Shown in pieces: positions 41,693 through 53,588 of a stretch of 64,000 nt of DNA. The first letter of the stretch is position 1, and each line of letters begins with the position of its first letter. Source of the DNA: Trypanosoma brucei (lineage: Eukaryota); the NCBI GenBank assembly GCA_000002445.1, contig CM000207.1:1184001-1248000 (forward strand). The letters run 5' to 3'. The notes below the pieces were generated by a model. It saw nothing but the letters and a program-made list of their open reading frames with translations, was not told the DNA's origin and searched no databases. The translations under genes were made by a program, and so were the position numbers.

Positions 41693-42110
41693 CGACTCTC
41701 CGACAGGGCAAACACAAGTCGTGTAGATGAGTGTTTGTAAGGGCAGTAAGAAGCGCTATAATAATACCTTCAGATATCCTTGAGCATCGCAAGGTTGAGA
41801 GGCGGACAAAAAAGGTATTGCATAACCCAAACTCCTGGAGTACAGTTCCTTTTGTATGCGGATGCATATTCGTGTACATGCTATAACATCTGTAGACCTA
41901 CTTTCAGCCTTGCATCGGTGTAAAGCATCACTGACGACGAAAAACGTTAAACAAGATAACCCACACACGCTGATTATAACTCTCGACCGAAAGAAACCAT
42001 TTAATCGCTTCGTCCATCCATTTTATCACCCCCCCCCCCCACAAGACTCTTTATCTCCCCTACCGCAACAAAACATCTGCCGTATGCACCGCAAACTAGA
42101 CGACCACACA

Positions 42111-42905
42111 TCACGCTTTCGCAAGAAAATTCGCGTCAAGAACTAAACCAACAAGAACTGTAATGATAACACTCTGATAAGCACTGTAGAATCTCTCTAA
42201 GGCACGTGCACCATTAGGGCGGTCCCCATAATATATGGGAACAACAGATGAAAGTAATACCAGAGAAGGGGCGGCTCCTTGCACCTCACTGGGTGGTTGC
42301 AATATAACACAGGTTGTAATTAGCACGCAGAAAACAAGGGTGGCACCTAATGTAACCTTATACATAATTTCACGGCAGTTTATCAACCTGAAAGGAACTC
42401 CTTTGCCCTTGGAAACTTTGTCGTCGGTCCCTGATTTGATATCAAACGTTCCTTCCCTAAACTCCCGTCGTTCGTCTCCTTCTGCAATTAACCTGGAAAC
42501 CGAGCGCGAGAGTGCAAGGAAGAAGCCGTTGAACGTGAGGACAAACAGAAGAGACAAAACAAGATCAGAATTCAGCCGATGCGGAGGAAGCATGGGTTTG
42601 TTCTCAATGGTGGCCTTCGTGGCAAACATCTCGTACACCCCGCCGGCTGAGTATTCACGCCGCTGCGGCTGCTTTGTCAACCCCAGGGCAAACCAGCGCT
42701 TTCTGGAAGTGAACAGCTCGTCACCAGCGCCAAATATCAGAGTAAACAAACAAACGATGTGGCACAGCAAGTACCATATCATCTCCAAAGTGATTACCCG
42801 AGTGAGAGGAGCCAATAATGGAGGCAGCTTTGCGCTGTGCTTTGTGCCGGCAGCGCTGCTGAGGGTTGCATCTTGCCTCCCAGCTACAGCTTTTTGATTA
42901 CCCAT
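42111..42905 (-). CDS. Hypothetical 264-aa polytopic membrane protein with an MGN N-terminus (candidate N-myristoylation)
   Basis: ATG at 42903-42905. It has several hydrophobic helices (IWYLLCHIVCLFTLIFGAG, LVLSLLFVLTFNGFFLALS, LGATLVFCVLITTCVIL, VIITVLVGLVL). The opposite-strand ORF 42235..42897 is judged spurious. Confidence 0.5.
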   Translation of the reverse strand: MGNQKAVAGRQDATLSSAAGTKHSAKLPPLLAPLTRVITLEMIWYLLCHIVCLFTLIFGAGDELFTSRKRWFALGLTKQPQRREYSAGGVYEMFATKATIENKPMLPPHRLNSDLVLSLLFVLTFNGFFLALSRSVSRLIAEGDERREFREGTFDIKSGTDDKVSKGKGVPFRLINCREIMYKVTLGATLVFCVLITTCVILQPPSEVQGAAPSLVLLSSVVPIYYGDRPNGARALERFYSAYQSVIITVLVGLVLDANFLAKA

Positions 42906-43702
42906 GATAATTTGATATATAATATTATGAACTGGTGCCTAACAGTGCAAAAAATAAAAAATAAAAGTGAGGAATAAGGCACTTCGAACACGAAGTGGGA
43001 ACACCACAAATAAGGGGTAACGCGGAGACCAGTCAGATGATACGGACTTGCAACACACACACATATCAAAGTGCTTGTTAAGACAACACCTATACTTAGG
43101 GAAATTATGCCCTCCATAAACGGCGACAACAGCGTAGCCAATCGCGCACAAATAAAAAAAACGTCCGTATGGATCAATACCCAATCACCTGCGGTCACAT
43201 GAGGCCGTCTGACGGTGCTCAAGAAAAGCTGGAGATAAATTTGTCACCCCTGCCTTTCCTCACAAAGATACACAAAAAACAGGCAAAAAAACAGCGGAAA
43301 CGGGGCCCTTCGCGATGGTTTGCAGAGACCCTACAGGATCGAGAGGTGCCGTGAAAACCCACATGGACCATAGTATTCTTTCGCTCTCGATCAGTGCGTT
43401 GAGAAAAGTTACACGTGAGACTGGACGCGAGTTTGGGTCGTAGCGGCATCGTCTAAAAGCAATGAGGGTTCCCCTCATGGAAGTGGTGGCTCACGGGGCC
43501 CACACCCAACGAGAAGGTCCGGTGTCGCCGCCAAGCCCCGATCATCGTCGACGTCGGAGAAGGGAACCTCGCCAGTTCTATACGTCACACCACACGTGTT
43601 AGCAAAAAATCAAATAAAATGTCGGCGGTAAATCCGCGACCGGACCGGTTGGGGGTTCAAAAAAGAGTGTCAGAGTGTCAGAATCCACTACAAGGTGCCC
43701 CA

Positions 43703-44149
43703 CTATGTTTTATTCTCCCCTTCATCCACGCTGTGCTCGCTGCCGCCCAATTCACTCTCTTCATCAGAACCTAGAATGTCTGCGTTCTCAGTTTTGCCTC
43801 CCTCCAACTTGTACCTTGTGCGCCTTGCCTTCCGTTTGCTTGCCTTGGCACGTTTCTTCTGCTGTTTAGAGTTCAACGCCTCAACCTTCGCCCGATGCTC
43901 ACTCTCTCGCTTCGTCTTTTCCATTAGGCGCTCTGCTTCAGCCTGAAGCCGCTGGCGCCTCTCGGCCTCCCGTTCCTCAGCAAGGCGAACATGCTCATTT
44001 GTCTTCCCACCAGCCCCCGCTACAGTGGAACGGAGACGTGGGAGCGAACGCATTGTTTCAATGCTTTTCACATAGCGCTCGTGTTCTGCCTGCAGTCGGC
44101 GCTCCCGAGCGGCTTTCTCCTCTGGAGTTAAGGGTGGGAGATTCGACAT
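43703..44149 (-). CDS. Hypothetical 148-aa highly charged (K/R/E-rich) coiled-coil protein
   Basis: Track M1 is a TTG and the first ATG is codon 6 (44147-44149). It has 'ERRLQAEHERY...EREAERRQRLQAEAERL' heptad-like charged repeats. Confidence 0.4.
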   Translation of the reverse strand: MSNLPPLTPEEKAARERRLQAEHERYVKSIETMRSLPRLRSTVAGAGGKTNEHVRLAEEREAERRQRLQAEAERLMEKTKRESEHRAKVEALNSKQQKKRAKASKRKARRTRYKLEGGKTENADILGSDEESELGGSEHSVDEGENKT

Positions 44150-44336
44150 CCTCCAGCGGACCAATTGTCCCTCACTATATCCCTACCACCTATATAGCAT
44201 CGGTTAGGCCAACAGTGGAGTGTAAAGGTCGCATGACCTTACCGGAAGAATACCAATGCAGAGAGGAGCATGGAAACAATTGTAATAACACGGAAATGCA
44301 CCCCTTCACCTCTTACTCTTCCATACGTCTCTTTAA

Positions 44337-46652
44337 TCACTCGCTCTTCTCCCTATCTCGTTTACGATTCACCTTTGGCTTCGCTGTGGGCGTAACCTCT
44401 CGTGGTAGGGGGAACTGCTGCGGGGACGTGGTCCGCACAGCGACGTACTTTCTGGTTCCCTTTGCAGTTGCCGCTGTATCAGCCCTTGCTTCTCTTTCCT
44501 GCAGCTTTGCCTTTTTATTTTGAAGTGAAGAAAAGCTTCCAGAAGCTGGCGTACCGATTACTCCTCCGGCTGTTAAGGCGTCCGCACTCACCTGACCACC
44601 ATCCGGCCGTCCTTGGGCCCTCCGCACCAACCCTGCTGAGCGACTGGTCATTGAGACACCTGAAGTGTCACCTTCTTGATATGTATACTTCCGTGCAGGA
44701 GTCCGACTTTTCGGGAGTTTGGGGAGACCAAACTCTCCAGCCTGCGTAGGGGGCGGAGACCAGCTGCTAGATAGCGCCCGATCGGAGCGATGCATTCCCT
44801 GGCGTTTCAATGTTTCGCACGACTCGGTGATCCATTCGCCGTCAGTATAGTTCAGAGCTGTGGGAGCAGAATGCACCTCGTCGTCTCCGTGTTTGACAGG
44901 AAGGGCTCTTCCATCCAATGAATGGCTGAAACCTGTGGCCTCCCTTTCCACATGGCAGGTTGAGGCCGCCAGTTGCACGTTGGTGATGTCATCCTGCAAA
45001 AAATTATTGTTCCCACGACCAGCAGAACCTGATTCCGCGGTTCGTGCGACCGGGAGGGGCTGGCGGCCACACCTAGGTATTTCTGGAAGCGGCGACGGAG
45101 ACAAAGAGGGCACGCGATGCTCCTCTTCCATGGTTGATTGAAGTTCATCACCCTCCTGTGGAGGGAATACCACAGTAGTTGGCGGTGACTGCGGTGTCAT
45201 CTCTTTTAACGCCATCTTCGAATGAATGGAATGACCTGAAGAAGCGGAAGATAGCGATTTTCTAGATGAATTATTTGCGATAACTACAGAAACTGAAGCA
45301 TCGCCACCACACACAGCTTCCTTGACGGCGGCTACTTCCTCTACTGCCGCGTTCGCCGCCGCACGAGATCCACAAAACCATGGTGTTCGATAGCGACGTA
45401 TCTTCTTCTGCTCCGGTTTCTGTGCTGGTACCTCTTCCGCCTCTGTGAAGTACGGGAGATAACTCGAAGAAGAGGGGTTGCCCAGGTCCCCTCCGCCACC
45501 AGAACGGAGGCCTTTCTCATCTAAGAAGCACTCCAGGTGGTCACTTGGAAGAACGGGGAGTGTCTCCACGTTGGGGCAGAAGTCCTCCCTATCCCGGTAG
45601 GCTTTAGTGGCCCGCACACTTGGAGCCGCTTCTTCTGGTTCGTATCCATACCCCTGTTCAACACTGTTAGAAGCTCCTTTGCACATAACGTCCTCCCGAG
45701 TCTGATTCGACGGTAAAACGTCCGACAACGCAACAAAATCGGAAACTTGAGGTTGAGGAGGGCAATCACCCCCAGCAAGAGAGCTTGTCACAGAACATCT
45801 GGCAATGTTATCGTTGCACTCATCAGCCTCGTCTTCACTTAAACTTAGGACCTTACTCCGTTGACTCCCACGCAAATCACCAAGTGACTCGAATATATTT
45901 GAAGGCGGAACGCACTTTCTCGGCTTTTCTAACTCGGTATCCCCTCCGCAAGACTGCACAAACACATCTTCAACTTCGGGTCTGTAAAGCGGATCTGGTG
46001 CCAACAAAACGCATTCCGCATCGCCCTCTGGGCTCACTTTCGGAGAATACAACGAAGTTAAATGTAGAGGTGCCTGGACTGTTGCTGTTGCACAAGAAGA
46101 CGAAGGAGACGCCTCGGGAACTGCTGTTCGATTATCGCGGAACACTTGTGTGGAGCGGCCTCGTTTCTTCTGCTGAGTGCCGGTTGAAGAAGAGACATCC
46201 ACATCCACAAGGCGATTTACTGATTCCATGTTGCATTCCTGCCACTCAACCGACGCACTGCCACTCTCGCTAGTTCGCTTGTGTGACGGTGGTAGTATTC
46301 CGCATGTTGCGAAGATTGCTCCGTGTTTCAAAACATTTGGCCCCTCAACACGCTGCTTAGCTGCCGATAGCTGGCCTCCCAAAGAAGATGCGTCACCGGG
46401 AGGGGACGACGGCCGGAGTAAAGTAGAAACACCACCACTTTTGTGTGGCGACATTGAAGTTTCCTCGTGCTGGCCGTTACACTCCTTCCTCTGTAAAATA
46501 TAAAGTCTCATTTTATCTGGTGTCGGAGACGCTGAAGTTACGCCATACAATCGTTCCCACATGTGAAAAGTGGCAGAAGAAAGAATTGCATCTTCAACGG
46601 TAACCTCTGAACCTATGAAATCTGCTATTGGACTAAGTTCACACAACTTCAT
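44337..46652 (-). CDS. Hypothetical 771-aa Ser/Pro-rich protein. The start is set at the first plausible ATG because the ORF-track N-terminal 57 codons look non-coding.
   Basis: The long minus ORF ends with TGA at 44337-44339. The upstream 57 codons (MCFHWCSCFFFLTFSV...) are low-complexity Phe/Cys and look like translated UTR. 'MKLCELSPIADFIGSEVTVEDA...' starts at 46650-46652. Confidence 0.5.
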   Translation of the reverse strand: MKLCELSPIADFIGSEVTVEDAILSSATFHMWERLYGVTSASPTPDKMRLYILQRKECNGQHEETSMSPHKSGGVSTLLRPSSPPGDASSLGGQLSAAKQRVEGPNVLKHGAIFATCGILPPSHKRTSESGSASVEWQECNMESVNRLVDVDVSSSTGTQQKKRGRSTQVFRDNRTAVPEASPSSSCATATVQAPLHLTSLYSPKVSPEGDAECVLLAPDPLYRPEVEDVFVQSCGGDTELEKPRKCVPPSNIFESLGDLRGSQRSKVLSLSEDEADECNDNIARCSVTSSLAGGDCPPQPQVSDFVALSDVLPSNQTREDVMCKGASNSVEQGYGYEPEEAAPSVRATKAYRDREDFCPNVETLPVLPSDHLECFLDEKGLRSGGGGDLGNPSSSSYLPYFTEAEEVPAQKPEQKKIRRYRTPWFCGSRAAANAAVEEVAAVKEAVCGGDASVSVVIANNSSRKSLSSASSGHSIHSKMALKEMTPQSPPTTVVFPPQEGDELQSTMEEEHRVPSLSPSPLPEIPRCGRQPLPVARTAESGSAGRGNNNFLQDDITNVQLAASTCHVEREATGFSHSLDGRALPVKHGDDEVHSAPTALNYTDGEWITESCETLKRQGMHRSDRALSSSWSPPPTQAGEFGLPKLPKSRTPARKYTYQEGDTSGVSMTSRSAGLVRRAQGRPDGGQVSADALTAGGVIGTPASGSFSSLQNKKAKLQEREARADTAATAKGTRKYVAVRTTSPQQFPLPREVTPTAKPKVNRKRDREKSE

Positions 46653-49600
46653 TTTCCACTGCTTCTTCGCACGGCAAAGTGCCGCTCTGTATGAGAAACA
46701 ATTTTTTGTTTTAATCCTCAATGGGATAAACAGTACAGTGCACTTAATATGAGTGAAAGGAAAGGGAGTACTTGCAACAGAGAAGGTAAGAAAAAAGAAA
46801 CAGCTACACCAGTGGAAGCACAACGTTCAGCTTGACACCGTTTACGTTAAATAACATACTTACGAATGCGGGACACATAAGTGGTACATGGGGAGGAGGT
46901 GAACAGTATTATAACATAGCCAACAGCACAAACTAACATTTCTAGTATTTCCCTACTTCTCGTTAAAAGTAAAATAATGCCGTTTCAACATGCTTCCACC
47001 ACGTAGTATGTAAAGGGAAAACAACGAGGAGAACCTACAACCACTACGTTTAGGTCAGTCGTGGCGTCTCAACGCGCATTAACGCGCATTGAAAAGTAAT
47101 ATCGACAAAAAATGGTACGATTAGATGCTGCTATATTGTTTATTTTCTTATAGTGTACACCTGGGTCACTTAACTGCGTATGACGGTGGGGGACACAATT
47201 TTGCGACAAGATGTTGTGTGGAACAAATATATGTAATTAAATAAAGTTCACAAAGCGTACTGAATGACGCCACGATGCCCCTCCAACAAGTGGAAAACAA
47301 TAGTAGCAGCTACTGTCACTAATAAATTGTAATGATAGTTTTTCAAGAAAGTTTTTTTCTTTTACACTCTGACAAAAAACAAGCAAATAAGAAACGTGCG
47401 ATCCCCCCCCCCCCAAGGTAAAAACGTTTCTTTCTGGTGCCTCACATCACATTAAAAAAACAGACTAATACAACCACCTGTCGTAAATGATGCTTAAAAC
47501 TCTTGGTTTTTTTTTTAAAGATAGCAACGTGATTAATCGAACTGAACCAGTCAAAGCAATATCCGGATAAATGGTGTCCCTTAAAATGGGGCAAAAAGAA
47601 GGTATGAGAGGTAAAAGTAAAAAATTATAACAAGGCTTCCCCCTAACGTCAAACAAACACCCGCTCAGATTTTAAAACCAGCCTCAACACCAGTTTTGCA
47701 GGTCCTTTTACTCGAAAAAAAATATTGAAAGTTAGTAAATCATCTACATCTAGCGTACATTGGTGAAAATTCGTACCAGACACGTGTATGTTAAGGCACA
47801 AAACTCTCCGATTCAGCTTCTGCATTTGCACATGCGATATTAAGAAAACAGAATATTTTTGCAGCCCGTTAAACAATGTACCTGAACAACAAAAGACCAA
47901 CCTGCTCCTGCAACCCTCGTTGCGTGATTGTGTTGTCAGTGAGTGCCAAAGAAGTTGGTACACTCAGCAAATCTTACGAGTAAAGCACACTCACCTCCTG
48001 TCCATTGCTCGAAGATGATAATACTGATACAATTTTTTTCCTGTCGTAGTTAACCTCCTTCGTACCCCCTACACGCGCAAAATATATACATATTTTCATA
48101 TTAATTCCAGTACACAACTGATTTCTAACAGTCACTGAAAAGTCATTGCAAAAAAAAAAAAATGTGAAGCACATGAAACACTGGGAAGCGGGGATGGCAT
48201 CCACACAGTTTCTTGTAGTGGCATGAGGAAAGGATAGTAGAAACGAAAATAATTATTCTACACTTCACATCTCCGCCCCTGTCTCCTCATCAATAAGTCG
48301 TTAAGTGACGTCATATGGACCGAAAAAAAATAATTAAAGAGGGCCTGTCGTAGTAACAATGAAAATACTAAAAGAATGTATAATGAAACAAATGGCATTA
48401 AAAGTAAAATGATGTTCTCGTGTACCTCGCAGCGTAACTTTTAGAGAACCGACACCACAAACACGCACAGCAGTTCTCTCTACTGCGCACGAACCTGTAG
48501 CAAAAGGGGGACAGACGGCGACCCACGGTTGTGTATTATTATTGTTACTTCCACTCTCCTTATTGTTCTCCATCGAGTATCGCTGATGCCTTATACTGCA
48601 CTGGTGTATGCGACATTACGTCCACACAGAGAGCGTAGAGCATTCAAGAGTCTTTCCATCCATTCCCGGGAAATAATATGGAAAAAGGGAAGAGACAGTG
48701 TGAAGTCCACTCTTTTTTGATCCAATAATCCCCACAGTGGCGTTAGCCTACAAGTGACACGCTTCCGTGTTATGGGTAAATTTGGGGGTTTCGCATACCG
48801 GCGACACCATCACGAGGAAAAAAGTTTACATATAGCGTGACGTCACGTTTTAAAAAAAAAATCTCAAGCGAAAGCGAGGATGAAAAACGCATTAAATAAT
48901 CGAATGTTACAAGCACATTCAACGAAAAGTATCCATAGAAAATTTGCAAAACTGTACCGCAAAAGTGGAGGAATATACGATTTCTCCTCCATTGCACCAC
49001 CCGCTCGCCCCAAAAATATAACGTGTACCATTTAAAAGAGGGTGTCAAAGGCAACCCGCTGTAACTCCAAGTTTAGGGGGAAGGGAATGACAGTGACCTT
49101 CCAATGCAGACACACATATCCATCCAATATGCATTCATAACTGAATTTCAAGAAGGGGGAAAAACGTTCATCTTTATTCAAAGAAATATCTGACGTGGTA
49201 ACCTGCGGTCATCTACTGCTTCAAAAGTGTAACTGACGGTGAAAGTCGCGATTCGCGTTTCGACAGAATACCAGCACACCCCTTTGACGGTAGCAGGTTC
49301 AAGTGAAATGGAATTTCCTCACCTTTTCTTTCCTTTTTTTTTGCACTAAGAGTAAGCCTTTCCAATATTACCCGAGGTTAGTGATGGACACTTGCCTTCT
49401 TTCCACTCATCACCCAAGCCTCTGTAACTCGAAAACCGAGAAACAAAACCAATTACATTAGTATAAGGTGCTGTATTTCCTGCTCGCATTGTTAAATATA
49501 CCACATGCTCGATTCCCACCGTCACGGGTAGGTCGCGGTAAACCCTTACAAAAACTAAAGGCATGCGTACCTAATTGCACGGTAACGAATACGTCAAAAT

Positions 49601-50133
49601 TCTTTACGTCCCAATCCATACGTGCACACTTCCACCTGGACCTCACTGTCGCATATCATTGATCAAAACCGCGGGTACACCGGGGACACAAACCGTAGCA
49701 ACACACCTCTGAAAGATCTCACCTCCCATTTAACAGAGAGCCGGTTCAACGATGCCAAACATCGCGCTAAACGCAGCACTAATAAAATAAGTGAGTGAAG
49801 ACCCGAAATGCTAGTTGCATCAAAATAAACATTTTCACTTTTCCTAATACAATTTTTAGACTAATCCCCAATATCAATAAGTCTCATCGGGGAAACATAA
49901 ATGTAGTATGAAGACAACAGAATGAGCAAGTCCAAGCAAATGATTATAATTACAAGGTTTGATGTTCACCATTACAAAGACAAACATGTTCATGTAACCG
50001 CAACAAAGGAATAAATAAATAATGGAAATTCCTACCAATCATCTGAAGAAAAAATACCTGAGAAAATTCGCACGAAAATTACATGTACTAATAAACTAAA
50101 AACTACGATATATTCCCTACAGTAGTGACCAAC

Positions 50134-50736
50134 TTACTTCATCTCCGCATATTGAGGAGCTTGGCCATATCTGTACCACCAAACCAGGAGGGTGATGACA
50201 AAGGCAAAAAGTGTGCTGGCGAAAGTGGAATACCAAATAATCGCCATAAACTCCTCATCTGTACCGGGTCGAGAATTTTGGTGTGTAGCATTTTCCGTTA
50301 CACCGACGAGGTTAGTCGATTCACATACGAAAAGAACACGGGTCCATAGCTCTTGCATGTGTTTCTTGTAGTCATTACTCATCTTTTTGCTCGTCATGTA
50401 GCTCGTCAGGCGCCGTACTTCATACTCGTCTTTAGGAATAATGCTTCCCATATGATCCAACTCCACAGTATTCGTGATAGTTGCTGCGTAGCAACCCTTC
50501 TTAAAGGTCATCTTATCTTTCATATACGCCTTGACAACATCATTGAAACGAATTTCTGCGGCTGTACGAACCTTCAATCGGAAAACGTGACGACGAAGTG
50601 GGTAGTATACCTTATTGATCTCCTTGTAAACAAATTTCTTCGCAAGAGAGCTGGTGTAATTACATAAGGGGTTCGACTGACCCCCAAAGGTCGCCGTAGC
50701 ACCCCCGAGGGTCATGTTACCAAAGTTCATAGTCAT
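50134..50736 (-). CDS. Hypothetical 200-aa tail-anchored protein with a single C-terminal TM helix
   Basis: ATG at 50734-50736. The C-terminal 'MAIIWYSTFASTLFAFVITLLVWWY' is hydrophobic and followed by a short tail. No recognisable domain. Confidence 0.5.
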   Translation of the reverse strand: MTMNFGNMTLGGATATFGGQSNPLCNYTSSLAKKFVYKEINKVYYPLRRHVFRLKVRTAAEIRFNDVVKAYMKDKMTFKKGCYAATITNTVELDHMGSIIPKDEYEVRRLTSYMTSKKMSNDYKKHMQELWTRVLFVCESTNLVGVTENATHQNSRPGTDEEFMAIIWYSTFASTLFAFVITLLVWWYRYGQAPQYAEMK

Positions 50737-52770
50737 TATTATTGATTCTAACGAATACTTGGAATATGTTTACAGGTAAATGTGGGATAACTACGATGCA
50801 AAGAAAAGGGAAGTACAAACATGTGCGTCAGCGCCCCTTGTGGGAAAAGGGATTATAAGATTTTCCATCACTTCTATTCAGTTAAAAGAAATATTTATAC
50901 AATCCACAGAACAGGACGAAGGACCTCTCGAAGACAAATTGTAAAAAGGGTGAATAACGGTCCAGTACCCTGTTCAAAGGAAACGACGTAACACTTAAAA
51001 CATTGCAGGTGACGGCTACAAAACTCATAGCATACGTAATGTTGAGTGAAAAAAGAAAAATAAAACTCAGTACTTTTAAACCCCTAGAGGAATATCCAAA
51101 GCCAACGGAAGTTTCGTCTTGTCGTATCGCAACAGGGAAGATTGCACAAAAATTTTAGGAAGAGGCAAGTGTGAAGGGGAAGGAGGCAACCAAATTACAG
51201 GGATACCATCTCCAGCTCTCCACATTCCTTTAAAGAGACCACACACGAAGCGGAGCCATCCAGTACGAAGGGAATTCTATGTGGACAACAAGCCGGAAAC
51301 AGCAGCACCAAGAGACTCCCTCCACAACAAACGCAGAGAGGTTAAAAGCACAAACCTTTCCCGATAGATTTTTAGGGCACATAAATGTCAAGAAGGTACA
51401 AAACCTACATTTTCCTGTTATGCGCCAATGCTGTCACGCAGCTGCCGCTACCTTTTGCTCCCACCGACAAAATAGCAGCATCCAAAATTCTCTGCATACG
51501 CAGCCATCTACAATAAAAAAAAGTTTTGGTATCTTGCAAATACTCATCGTATACACCCTCCGCTCTTGACGTAAAATTGGACGAACCTTCACCACTTGTA
51601 GTGGCGGTAGCTTCGGGCAACTATCACCTCTTCTCCATACATCTACATTCGGCACCCCTTTCCTACAAATAAAAAGTAATCTGCGGAAAGGCGCCAGCAG
51701 TCGTCCCACACTGCCTCGAAGTGCGGCAATCAACTTCTCTGATAGCGCCTCCCAGCAACGCGGCCGCGTGCCAGCAATTGTTTTTCATTACGGTCGATCT
51801 ACTTGAAGGTCAAGGGTATGGTGGTTTTCCTCTTATATCCTGTTTCCAGTCGTTTTTTTTCGCGATCGCACCCCACCAACAAATATATGGGCCATAATAG
51901 CGGGACCCTGCACTATGTGTGGCGCCCCGACGTAGCGAAACTGCAACGGTGCCCCGGCACGGACCAAAACCGCCAAAAGAAAATGGCGTTTTAGGGCATC
52001 ACCGGCACCACCAGTTCCCTGTGACGTCGGAGTAGAAACACAACAGATAACATCTCGCAAGTGCGGGATCGCTCTGGCCCCTGATTTTAGCCGGAGCGGC
52101 GCAGGTTAATGTCAACCGGTGCCTGAAATGGAGAACCTTAATCATCATCAGGCGCTGCGTGGCAAGCCGCGTTCTGCAGCTGGGCTACAAGCCTATATAC
52201 CAAACGTCAGCGTTACAAAGGACCATCTCCCACTGCTCTGGAGAATAAAGTATTTAAAAAAACGAACTGCCGTCCCACTTCGGTTGTCACTAAAACCACT
52301 AAACCGTTAGGGGGGAGCAAGCACGCACCACTCAGCAGATCATCTTCAGTGTGAGAGCGAGGGCTAATTAGCGGTCCCTACAGCGACGCAAACGAAGAGG
52401 CTTTGTGGCTTCCCCAACCCTCTTGTAAAACAAAAAAAATAGCTTGGGTTTCAACACCACCGAACCCGAAACACCGGCAAAACACGGAACAAGAGAGAGC
52501 TGTGCGGTGCCCGACGCCATGCAAGCAAAAGGATGCGTGAGGGAACGGTATGCAGCGGCATACTGGCTTTTTGTGTGGTTGCAGGTGAAGCTCGGATTGT
52601 CCTCTAAAGCAACGAGGCATATGATCCAGAGCGCAAGGGGAAGCCGCAACGTGGATCTCCGAAATTTGGCACTGTTAAAACACAGCAAGCCCATATAGGT
52701 GAAGAACACGAGGCTTGCCGTGGCCTGCGGGAGTGGGCAGCGGAAGGAGTTGAGTAGTTTAAGTTGAAGA

Positions 52771-52850
52771 CCCTGGCGATGCCGGCCACCTCAACGTGGT
52801 GCCAGGGTCCAGTACCCCGTATCATCGGGGGGAGCCAAGAGCCAGCAGCG
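52771..52850 (+). promoter_or_regulatory. Pr77-like 5' hallmark of the ingi/L1Tc clade. It is reported to act as an internal promoter in L1Tc.
   Basis: Sequence 'ccctggcgatgccggccacctcaacgtggtgccagggtccagtaccccgtatcatcggggggagccaagagccagcag' at the element's 5' end. Its function is inferred from the literature on L1Tc/ingi and is not testable from sequence. Confidence 0.5.
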
Positions 52851-53009
52851 TTCCTTTCATGGGGAACACTGCTGTGCTCCGGCTACGGCATCATACAGCA
52901 CAGGGATCAGCAGCGTCTTGCTGGGACACCGTTTTTCATTTGTCGGTCCGTGGGCACGTCCAAGCGTGCCAGCTGCAGTATCATCCGCACTAAGATGCTG
53001 CTGTCCAGT

Positions 53010-53033
53010 GATGTGGAAGAGAATCCCCGCCCG
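53010..53033 (+). other. Degenerate 2A-like 'ribosome-skipping' peptide DVEENPRP. The canonical form is D(V/I)ExNPGP. The surrounding context is SIIRTKMLLSSDVEENPRP.
   Basis: Read directly in frame (gat gtg gaa gag aat ccc cgc ccg). L1Tc and T. brucei ingi are known to carry a functional N-terminal 2A sequence. I recall the ingi version as '...SSIIRTKMLVSGDVEENPGP'. Here the essential Gly is Arg (ggc->cgc). Confidence 0.75.
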
Positions 53034-53588
53034 TCGTTGCGCGGGATGCAGTGGAACTGCGCCGGGCTATCTCAAGGAAAGAGATTAGCACTCCACAAAA
53101 CCCTTGTTGATGAGCGGATCGCCTTTTGTCTGTTGAGCGAGACAAGGATGACGCCTGGAGAGGCGGCTTGCTTTAGTGTTGCTGGCTACCAACATCACTG
53201 AATAGCTCGTAACTGCAAAGGAGGTGGTGTATCAATACTAGTGAGGGAGGACCTACCAGTCGAGACCGGTATGGCCGTTGTTGGTCGCATTGAACAAGTG
53301 CATGCAACAATTCACCTTGCACGTGGAACGGCGCTGACTGTCACGTCGGCATACATCCCACCAAAACACACCTTCACGGCAACTGACCTAGATACGCTTC
53401 TGACAACTGACGGTGCCCAGCTCATCGGTGCAGACGCTAACGCACACGCGTTGGCATGGGATCGCGCGAGCCCACCAAATACCAGGGGTGAAACCCTCAC
53501 ACAGTGATGCATTGACAACCAGTTTCTGGTCTGCAACACTGGTGAGTGCACAAGGTACGCACGCCACCACGGGGAGTCCACCCCTGAT

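Larger units (their letters stand above)
52764..53507 (+). pseudogene. ingi ORF segment, the N-terminal region plus the AP endonuclease, interrupted by two in-frame TGA codons (53199-53201 and 53505-53507)
   Basis: ORFs 52764..53201, 53241..53507 and 53589..55361 are all in the same frame and are separated only by single TGA codons. Read-through text '...GYQHH*IARNCKGGGVSILVREDLPVETG...' and '...GETLTQ*CIDNQFLVCNTGECTRYARHHGESTPDVTLSRNCTVYTW...' is continuous endonuclease sequence. Confidence 0.8.

Noticed and set aside
47649-47963. 104-aa minus-strand ORF in the 3.5-kb gap
   Set aside because: It is short and has no motif. Its composition is typical of AT-rich non-coding sequence. It is not supportable as a gene.
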